NCBI GenBank assembly: GCA_002269645.1
Contig: NIVC01003699.1
Coordinates: 1 to 64,000, forward strand
DNA: 64,000 nucleotides
Direction of reading: 5' to 3'
DNA from: Macrostomum lignano
Lineage: Eukaryota
A model generated the notes under the pieces. It worked only from the letters and a program-made list of their open reading frames with translations. It ran no database searches and was not told the DNA's origin. The position numbers and the translations under genes were made by a program. This document shows positions 9,601 through 64,000 of the stretch, one piece after another. The number at the start of each line of letters is the position of its first letter. The first letter of the stretch is position 1.

Positions 9601-10493
9601 ACAGCACACCAATGACCACCAGCTGAGTTCTCGTTCGTGGATGGTGGAAGAAACATCAGCAGGACAACTGTTCGTCCTCTCATGGTAGCTGCGCTTGGCT
9701 GTCGGAGGACTTCAGCAGCTTCATTCTCCCAGGTGAAAACAGTGAAGCAAAGGGTTGGATTTAATTCCTCGACAGCAGACAGATCGTACAAATTGATCGG
9801 CAGACTCAGTCCCGTAATGTTAATCTCATCTAGCCATTCGGTGTACGAGGATTCTCGTTGAGCTGACTTCTTAATACGGCAGTGATCTTTGTGAAGAAAG
9901 GCAAGGCACGCGTAAACAAAGCAATTTTCACCGCTGCTAGGAGGAGAAATGACGGCCTTCTTTTGAAAAAGCGCAGTCGGCAAACTAAACCCAGCCGCAT
10001 GCCCCGAATAGTAGGGAGTTCGAACAGCGAGGGCAGAGCAAAGGTCGAAGAAATTTATTTTGTCAATGGCCCATCCACTGCCATTAGCGTTGTACACGTC
10101 TACTCTCTGCTCTAACTCTGCAAATTGCTGCCTCCACCAGTCATCAAATTCCTGCACATCAACCAGCATACAAAGATTTGTACTCATCCATTTGTTTTCA
10201 ACATTGACTGCTTCTGCTGCCTGCACCCGAATCATGCGCACGTTTAGCTTAATTTGTGCTCTTAGCGAACAGTTGTCAAAGGAGTCAAGACGAACTTCGA
10301 GATACTGCAGAACCGCATGTTTGACCAGGTCTAGAAACTCGAATGGATCAATGTCAGCTGTTGGGGCGAAGCGATGAATCTGCAGTACATCATCGTGGGC
10401 ACTGTTCACCAAGGAGATAACACATGAAGACCCTAAAAATAAAATCGAGAGATAAGATAGTGAAAATCGAGAAACATAAACTGAGAGTCTCAT
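6660..10493 (-). CDS. polB: Protein-primed family B DNA polymerase with OTU-like, C2H2 and endonuclease VII-like domains
   Basis: 1277 aa uninterrupted. GSGW; OTU-like NCFVYACL..GHW; CERC..H; ExoI YADFE; CHYC..DHDH.SGEFRGAACAQCN; ExoII FHNLKGYD; IDS..FL; motif A DANNLYG; motif B KLKNNALFGKT; motif C GGDTDS; KAKG. Confidence 0.97.
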   Translation of the reverse strand: MRLSVYVSRFSLSYLSILFLGSSCVISLVNSAHDDVLQIHRFAPTADIDPFEFLDLVKHAVLQYLEVRLDSFDNCSLRAQIKLNVRMIRVQAAEAVNVENKWMSTNLCMLVDVQEFDDWWRQQFAELEQRVDVYNANGSGWAIDKINFFDLCSALAVRTPYYSGHAAGFSLPTALFQKKAVISPPSSGENCFVYACLAFLHKDHCRIKKSAQRESSYTEWLDEINITGLSLPINLYDLSAVEELNPTLCFTVFTWENEAAEVLRQPSAATMRGRTVVLLMFLPPSTNENSAGGHWCAVSNINRLLNSKAHLYQRKWCERCLLSFHTSKAFDEHCEDICEPGGIFVQEELPDEDHNVLRFTAWEKTISPPFIVYADFEALNAPHTGQQTEAGSSTVKLTEHVAVAAGYLVVHRAGLTGLSPIGVDNDVNIFVSENPKKCVSDFLQSLEQLAREVYGWNTEFSHQTAIRTEAAKQRFRDAISCHYCGSGFDSESGKHWDHDHLSGEFRGAACAQCNMQARLKRRFLPVVFHNLKGYDLHLIMSTALDLMDGWRISVIPQNPEQFVSMKVDFKIDEYERGGKTKPLFFTIQFIDSNQFLNASLAQLIKNLPEEECTITSLLKSKFPLLSPEVLFRKCTFPYDYLTNSNVLEDTELPSKEQFYNVLTKSHCSDEDYRHAQKAWHEFQVKTLKEYMLCYLELDIRQLADVFENFRKLSLRDDGLDPVHFVSTPGLSFASALKSLKSRIELITDSQMYATFERGIRGGMSFVNIHRVSANSPDIRKNLEAADNQTICNDNDDDDDDCHDEGADQAVPTELLAVDANNLYGQALTMNLPANGFRWLSEDELQLWTEDRIRGLKISDPIAYLLDVDLLYPAEIHSTTEDLPFAPEKEAPKFKEFPAYMQQLWRQITGDKAAYRSAEKLLLTCHDKQSYVLHSAILAFYLSHGMKIKRINRMIEYKQEPIFADYVNMNSVKRAAATNSFEKDYYKLKNNALFGKTMENVRKRRDIRICTNTAKAKVLASKPSIKNFIIITDSLSIIEFQKTKVKLDRPIFIGQCVLDYSKLIMYELFYDKLKPWLEQEGARVRLCGGDTDSLFLCIQNMDVQSEVLPLLKAKKLLDTSNYSPEHPLFSNELKARLGCIKDEGAGARYLEWLLLRPKLYSFLASTATAEKKKAKGIQGCVVKKEIAHSDYLRVFNDLSSMSVIIHRIASIQHRLFTLQQRKCALSIWEDKRAWLAPNYSLPFGHFQLLHPESSQLQQHVNATASRKRRREEDYEFNK

Positions 10494-10589
10494 GATTGCT
10501 TATAAATCCAGCTCAATTAGCTATTCATAATAATCGATGTCTGTATTCAGAATCGAGGAGGGTGTTTTTGGATGTATACAATCGATATA

Positions 10590-10800
10590 GGTGTGCAGAG
10601 GTGTGCGAAGTCGAGGTGGGGTGTCCAGAGTCGAGGTGTGGTGTCCAGAGTCGAGGTGGGGTGTCCGGAGTCGAAGAAGGGATGTGCAGAGTCGAGGAGG
10701 GGGTGTGCGGAGTCGAGGAGGGGGTGTGCGGAGTCGAGGAGGGGGTGTGAAGAGTCGAGGAGGGGGTGTGCAGAGTCGAGGACGGGGATGTGCAGAGTCA
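10590..10800. repeat. ~21-bp G-rich minisatellite upstream of pPolB
   Basis: About 10 copies of AGAGTCGAGG(AG)GGGGTGTGC variants. Confidence 0.85.
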
Positions 10801-11778
10801 GGGTTGGTGTACGGACTCGGGGTGGGCGGGTGTTATTACGCATTAATTAAAACTGAATTAGTTACACATTTCGAGTTGAAGGTTTAAAATTTTTCCACTT
10901 CAAATATTGGTAAGAAAATAATTGATTTTTTACATTAACAGAGTGGCAAAACTCACCTGCTCCTTCACCTGCTCTTCGCCTAGAACATGTTGTAGGATCC
11001 TGCATGTTGCGACTGCCGGCTGCCAGGCAATGCTGATGCAGATTTGTCTGCTTCCAGCTTCGAATTGATCAATTTTAAGGCCAATGGCAATGCTTAGCTT
11101 AAAAAGGAATAATTAAGAAAAATGCAAAGTAGAGATCGAATCTAGTTAAGATGCTCTTATTCTATTCGCGATATTGAGACTTAGCAACGAGCACCAAGCT
11201 ATAGAAAAGCAGCCCGCGGATAGTAAAAACCTCAAAATCAAAACTAATAGTCGAGTAATGCGAATAGGTTGCCATGATGCGATAGCTTTTAGCATCAAAT
11301 CCACCGATACGAGTTGATTTGCTATTTTACTGTCTAGTTTGCGTTTTTTTCTAAAAATAATTCAATGTTTATTATGAGAAAAAAACAATGCAAAAACAAC
11401 GTGTATTTGGTATAAACGGCTTTGTAGCAAGAAAATAATTTAGAAGAAGAAACTTTTATTTAGCATTAAATTACAAACTTTCTGCATAGAAAGCAGTATA
11501 ATTCATTATAAGCTACCATGTACATTCTTGCTCTCCTAATAACTAAATATTGGTATCAAAGAGCCTCCAGCTTGATAAACTGCTTAGCCCAGCCCAACGA
11601 GATAAATCACAGGTAACATGCACTGAAAAGATTAATTTAATTTAAGCAGTTTTTAACTTCTTTTAGAGCTCCTCCCCTTATCAAAAGTCCACTCATTTTT
11701 GTAGAACTTTTTTTGCGTGCTAAAAATTCGTTTCCCTTGCCAACAAAATACTCCAGGCTAAAGCAAATTAAGAGTTAC

Positions 11779-12750
11779 TCAAGCGAATACGGATCCCCCT
11801 CCAAAGTCAATTGAGTACTCGCCCACAACGCTACTCGGTAGGACGAATTGAAGGCAAACTGACGGTGCAGCCATCGGTTCAGCGGCTTGGACTCCTGCTG
11901 ATTGTTGAACCACCGGTGGGGTAGCATGAGGTTCGACTCCTGCTGATTGTGGAAACTCTGGTACCACCGGTGGGGTAGCATGAGGTTCGAAATCTCGTAG
12001 GAGATCAGACAGGCTGGCATCCGCCATCATTCCAGCCATATTTTTTCCAGCGACTGGAACAGCCCTGTGCGGTGGCTGCTGCTCGACCGTGGCTTTTTCG
12101 TTCGTCTCCTCCGGCTCCAACTCGTGCTCCTCAAAGAAAGCCGTGTCCAATTCTGGCGGAGCAACAAAATCAGCGGCAGCAGCATCATCGTCATGGCGAT
12201 TTACCGGTGTCTGAAGACTGAGAGCACCAGCCGCTGGAACGTCAACGCTGGCAGCTTGATGGTCGATGCCAGCAGGTCCAGGAGCAGCAGCTGGATGGTC
12301 GACGCTGGCAGGTCCAGGAAGGCTGGCAACATCAGCTGGATGCTGATCTGCAGCAGCAAGTGCAACGGAAATCAAATCAAAAGTACATGTAGTTGAAATT
12401 ATTGCAGATTGATTTCGCACACCTTGAATCGTCTGGCTCAGGGTGCTGACCGGGGCTCGATGACGCTCGATCATGTTGAGTTGCTCCTGGCGGTGGGCGG
12501 CCTCCAGTACAGTAAAGCGGGCTCGTTCGATGCTATCAGGCGAGCTCCAATTAATGATGGTGTGATTTTTATGGGCCCGAACTTGGCGGCGCACATTGAA
12601 CAGCTCAGTTGTCTGGCACTCGTGGCAAAGCAACCAGCGACTTATAATGCAGCTGTCTTTTTTGTTATGGAGCTTTAACCCACCGAGCTCACATGAATTG
12701 CAGCTGATGCACACCTCGTGCACGTAGGATGGACACCGAGATTTATTCAT
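11779..12750 (-). CDS. Accessory protein: N-terminal Cys/His Zn-binding (B-box-like) region plus Ala/Pro/acidic low-complexity tail
   Basis: 323 aa ORF; C....H..C..C..C...LLCHEC...HKNH; acidic FFEEHELEPEE; LSDLL; internal duplication EPHATPPVV; TATATAAG on the minus strand at 12826-12833. Confidence 0.7.
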   Translation of the reverse strand: MNKSRCPSYVHEVCISCNSCELGGLKLHNKKDSCIISRWLLCHECQTTELFNVRRQVRAHKNHTIINWSSPDSIERARFTVLEAAHRQEQLNMIERHRAPVSTLSQTIQGVRNQSAIISTTCTFDLISVALAAADQHPADVASLPGPASVDHPAAAPGPAGIDHQAASVDVPAAGALSLQTPVNRHDDDAAAADFVAPPELDTAFFEEHELEPEETNEKATVEQQPPHRAVPVAGKNMAGMMADASLSDLLRDFEPHATPPVVPEFPQSAGVEPHATPPVVQQSAGVQAAEPMAAPSVCLQFVLPSSVVGEYSIDFGGGSVFA

Positions 12751-12825
12751 TATTTAAAAATCTATGAGAAATTTAGTTTAAAATAAAATTTAAATTTAAA
12801 CTTCTCATATGCACATATTTAGCCT

Positions 12826-12833
12826 CTTATATA
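12826..12833 (-). promoter_or_regulatory. TATA box for ORF 11779-12750
   Basis: CTTATATA on + (TATATAAG on -), 76 nt upstream of ATG 12750. Confidence 0.5.
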
Positions 12834-14009
12834 CCCACTTCAACCAAATCTGTGTTAATAAAAACATAGCCGCTATGTTTTCAGCTTTGCTATGTTTACA
12901 GTCAGCCACCCAATGTCCAATGATTTCATCAGCGCATCCAGGTATTGAGCCCTTGTTAAATTCCCGCACGCCCCGCTAAATTCTTTTGAATACGCCGCCA
13001 ACTTTACCCCACCCAGTCGAGGGTGGCAATAAAACTACTGATAACTGAGCACTCTCTCCTTTCAGCAACAAAGCCGCCGCCGCCGCCAGCTCCCAGACAG
13101 CGGGAGAGAGAGAGGCTTGGCTACCACTATTTTTGTTTACAGAAGTTTGTTATTACCGATAAAATTATATAATAAAGTATTAGTATAATACTGAATACAA
13201 TAAAATACCGCTGATATTTGCCAATCGTTCAACACAATTTCTAGAGATTCCCCTAGCTCGCCTCTGTGCATACTTGCGGATTCCCCCATGAGGTGCCTAT
13301 GTACTCTCATTAGGAGTCTACGGAATTCCCATGGCTTTGCCTGCGGCAGAGTTGAGCTATGCAAACACATAGGCGCCCTTCTGATCCGGGCCCACGGAAT
13401 TTCCGTGGCTTTCCCTGCGGCAGAGTTGTGTTATCCTCTACTACTCACAGTGAATTCCACGCAATGGAGACTTTCTGCGTATATTTAGCCTTCATATATA
13501 TATATTGTAAAATGACAAATACTTTATTAACTGGTAGTGATTACATATGCCGACAAAATAGTTAATATTCGTTGTAAAGTCTTATCATCATCTATTAGTG
13601 CCAGCATTGAGTGCGGCTCAAGATATTTAATAGATTGGAAAATTTTATATGCAAGTCTCTATTATAATTATAAATGAAGTGCGCGCGTATTGCTACTGAT
13701 AGTCTGTGGTCAGTAGCGAGATGAAGATGCGCGAATACTGACGAAATTGTTTTTTTCTTAACAAATTCCATCAGTCGGTGGCAAATATTCCATTAAATTT
13801 ATTCTCCCCAGATTGCTCAGCAGCTCGTGAATTTGACTGACAACCTCAGTCCGCATATAGCTAGCTAATTGGCCTTTCGAAAGCCAGGCGAATTGTATAA
13901 AAATGAACCTGTCACTTCCAAATTAACTCGATACTACGAGCCGTAGAATAGATTCTAATTTCTGCATCAGTTGCGTTTTTCTTGCAAGTTAAAACATTTT
14001 AGCACCCCG

Positions 14010-14545
14010 TCTAGTCACTCTAGAACAAAAATTAACGTTTGTAGTCACTATGGAACTAAAAGTAATCTTTCTATAGTCACTCTAAGAACTATTATTAAAC
14101 TTTCTGTTTGTTAGGGTTGTAGCCTAGTGGTTAGAGCGTCGGACTCACAACTTGAAGGTCGGGGGTTCGATTCCCGATCCCACTGGAACAATTTGTCTCC
14201 TTGAGCAAGACACTTAAACTCTGCATTGCTTCAGCTCACCCAGCTGTAAAATGGGTGCCAGCATTAGCTGGGGTAATTGAGGGTGTGCGTGGCGACCCCC
14301 CAGTCCTTGGACTGAACAGCCGTACGCAGCCTTCAGATGCGCCGAGCAATGGCTGCGGCTGAGCTGTGGGTTGCACATCTGGCCTAATTGGGGTGGGTGT
14401 AATCAATTATTATTATTATTATTAGTCACTTTAGAACTACAATTAACGCTTCTAGTCCCTCTGAAACTATAATTAACATTTCTAGTCACTCTGGAATTAT
14501 TGTCACGTCTTCTAGTCACCCTGGAACCGCAATTAACCTTTCTAC
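14010..14545. repeat. Degenerate ~32-bp minisatellite interrupted by a SINE
   Basis: TCTAGTCACTCT(A/G)GAAC..AATTAAC units on both sides of the SINE. Confidence 0.6.
14114..14423 (+). mobile_element. tRNA-derived CORE-SINE
   Basis: A box TAGCCTAGTGG; B box GGTTCGATTCC; central CCTTGAGCAAGACACTTAAACTCTG..CTGTAAAATGGG resembling the MIR CORE domain; (ATT)n tail. Confidence 0.85.
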
Positions 14546-15748
14546 TCAATCAATCTAAACACCCCGAAATTATCACCCCATTCTACTCAATTTAGAACTG
14601 CAAGCGCCTTCTCTACATATAGCAACTTGTAATCTATTCGATATAAGATGTCCTGACAGGATCCTACATCGTCTCACCGACTAAGCTTAGGCTACTACGA
14701 ATGTACAAATTCGTTGGCATTCAGGAAACGCAGGAAAAAGAAAATTATAAGCGAGATGAAAAGAAAGGAGGGGTTCAGGAAACGACCCGCAGGTTCCGAC
14801 TTACTAAGGCAAACTGAGTGACATGTAGGCAGCCCAGCCTACATGTCCGGTACAATTTCACTGCGATAACAAAGCGGGGTCCCGCCCGCATTTCCGGACC
14901 TCAGGAACTCCTGCATCGATGCTTCTACAAGCGTACAGGTGCCCGGCAGTTTTTTGCCACAGGAAATTGTCGTTCGGAGTCATTAAGAATTTGCTAGGGA
15001 GACTAGACATACTAGAACCATACTAAGGTCAATATAGTGTGAGCAATGGTAGATTGTATAGTATGTTGCGGAGTTAAATAATAGCCAAAGCACTGGCTAT
15101 GATTCAACAATGCAACATTCATGTGCTATACAAGCGCATTGTATACCATTTTTACCCAGCACCCGGTCATTTTAACGCACTTTTAAATTTGATTTGATTG
15201 GACGAGAGATGGGGTGGGTGAACTTGGGCAGAGAGTATGATGTACATTGATTACAGTTAGGAGTGTCGAGGACCAGTTGAATTGACAATCAGCTAAGATA
15301 ATGGGCGAGTCTATAACTCAGTCATAAATTTTTAATTAGTCGAATAAAAGCATAGCAGTGTGCCTGCTCTTATCAATTGGAAAAATCTGCCGCTGGAGTC
15401 GCTGAATGGTGTAATTTTTGACTTGTCATTGTGTCTGGGTAAAAGTTTTTTACAATGCTGCAGTATTCAACTCATAGCATTGCATTACCAGTTAGTACTG
15501 TTCACTTTAGCTATAAATAGATTACAAAAAGTCTGGGTGAAGCTTTGAGTCCGGTTACATACTGTAATATTGCGGTACTATAGCTGAGCGATAAGAAAAC
15601 TATGGCGTTTTCATAATTATAAAACAAAATAAGAATGAAATAAGATTATATGAAAGTGCTTTCCGAAATTGGAATTCAATTAATTATTGGAAATCCAGCA
15701 GGTTTCTGCGCAAACTGGATCGGTCGTCTCCCATGCCGTTGGCCGTTA

Positions 15749-62864
<47,116 letters not shown>

Positions 62865-63299
62865 CTGGAAATGTGTTTTGCGTCAGGTGGGTCAGGTGAA
62901 CAAACAGCGATTACGGGGATCGCAGCAGCCGCCGCCTCAACTTATTCAATAATGAAATTCGCATCGCGTTCCGGGATGCGCTCGATTTGTACGAATAGCC
63001 GAGGTCCATACCTCCATTTGGGAGGGGCAGCTCCGTTTCCCCTATATCTGTCTGTCTCTGGGCAGGCAGCTTGGACCTCCCGGCCGTCTCCAATTCCCCT
63101 CTGCCCTCCCCAAGGAGACCTGGAGCTGCGATCTGGAGTGCTAGATTTCACGACACTAGATAGGCGACTGCAAGCATCCACTTTCATAGCGCCTGAACTT
63201 CACCACTGTTGGGCAGCGTTATATGAAAATCTTAATTTCCACTAACAACCAAAGCATTGGCGTTAAAATGAAAGAAACGTCTAGGCCGATGTGAAGTTA

Positions 63300-63420
63300 A
63301 AGTCTTATATAGTTTAGGCCATGTGATGTTTCTTGTGAAGTTTCGGTCTTGTGACGTTTACATGTAGGTCTTGTGAAGTTTAGTTCTTGTGAAGTTTAGG
63401 TCTTGTGACGTTTAGGCGTT
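63300..63420. repeat. Degenerate ~17-bp repeat
   Basis: TGTGAAGTTTAGGTCT units. Confidence 0.65.
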
Positions 63421-64000
63421 ATGAAATTGGATGCTTAAATATTTTAGGAGACTTGACATTTAAGTATTGTAAAAATCGCCCCTAATAGTTCCAAGTTCAA
63501 AACAAAAAAATTATTATTTGATTTCCCAGGATGCTAAGATTTCTAAGAGAAGAGAGGAGAGGCGGAAGAGGAGATGAGAGTAGAGAAGAGAGACGAGAGA
63601 AGGCATTTTACTGCAGTGTCTTGGAAAGTGGCGGGTTAGAAACAGAGTTGGCACTCCAGATTCTGGCAGTAGTTCTCCTTGGCCCCGCGCACACCGGCGG
63701 CGGCCCATCAGCAAGGAGCCAAAAAAGCCTCCCTAACCCCGACAGGTATCGCCCCCCCAACCCCAGCAGCGCGAAAAGAACAGCAACAGCAAACTATGAA
63801 AGAGAGAGAAACTTAGCAACTAGAAGAAGATCTAGAAGACAACCGGTGGGCACAAAAACAATTTTTTGCAGGCTAAATTGGCCAATGGGGAGAATTAAAG
63901 GAAAAGGAAAATTGCAGTCAACAGAAGCAGATGAGTTATGCATAAGACAGACAGCCTTATACGGATCAAGGATACATTCTTCGTGTAATTAGACAGAGCT

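Larger units (their letters stand above)
1..13445. mobile_element. Polinton/Maverick (adintovirus-like) element, left end outside window; right end tentative
   Basis: Compact cluster of penton, major capsid, adenain, A32 ATPase and pPolB genes. Candidate terminus CTACTACT at 13438-13445 (reverse complement of the AGTAGT-type Polinton end). Left TIR not visible, so the boundary is unverified. Confidence 0.93.

Noticed and set aside
6858-10377. Plus-strand ORFs antisense to pPolB
   Set aside because: Shadow ORFs of the long coding gene with no motifs.
14114-14190. Possible tRNA-Val(CAC) gene
   Set aside because: Poor anticodon and acceptor stems, and it continues into a CORE domain and ATT tail, so it is a SINE head.

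Overview
Animal genomic DNA in two blocks. (1) Positions 1 to ~13.4 kb hold the right-hand part of a Polinton/Maverick (adintovirus-like) element whose left end lies outside the window. In order on +: probable integrase chromodomain tail, minor capsid (penton), small basic core protein, double jelly-roll major capsid, adenain-type protease, A32-like packaging ATPase, an apparently fused conserved ORF, a DnaQ-like ORF and an intronless divergent TATA-binding protein (TBP) homolog. On -: an uninterrupted 1277-aa protein-primed PolB and a Zn-finger/acidic ORF with an LxCxE match. The TBP gene, with TATATAAG boxes before the two non-structural accessory units, is the standout: a Maverick that may carry its own transcription-initiation or regulatory module. 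Seven -1 frameshifts can each be fixed by adding one base to a short run of identical bases, so the element may be intact in vivo. (2) Positions ~15.7-62.9 kb hold a minus-strand MPDZ/PATJ multi-PDZ gene. I traced 27 phase-consistent exons covering PDZ1 (part), 2-6 and 8-11, with no PDZ7, one GC-AG intron and a probable alternative first exon. Most introns carry their own minisatellite. There are also two tRNA-derived SINEs (one CORE-type) and two Charlie-like hAT MITEs. The architecture suggests a Macrostomum-like flatworm (inference only). All homology calls come from motif recognition by eye; no searches were run.
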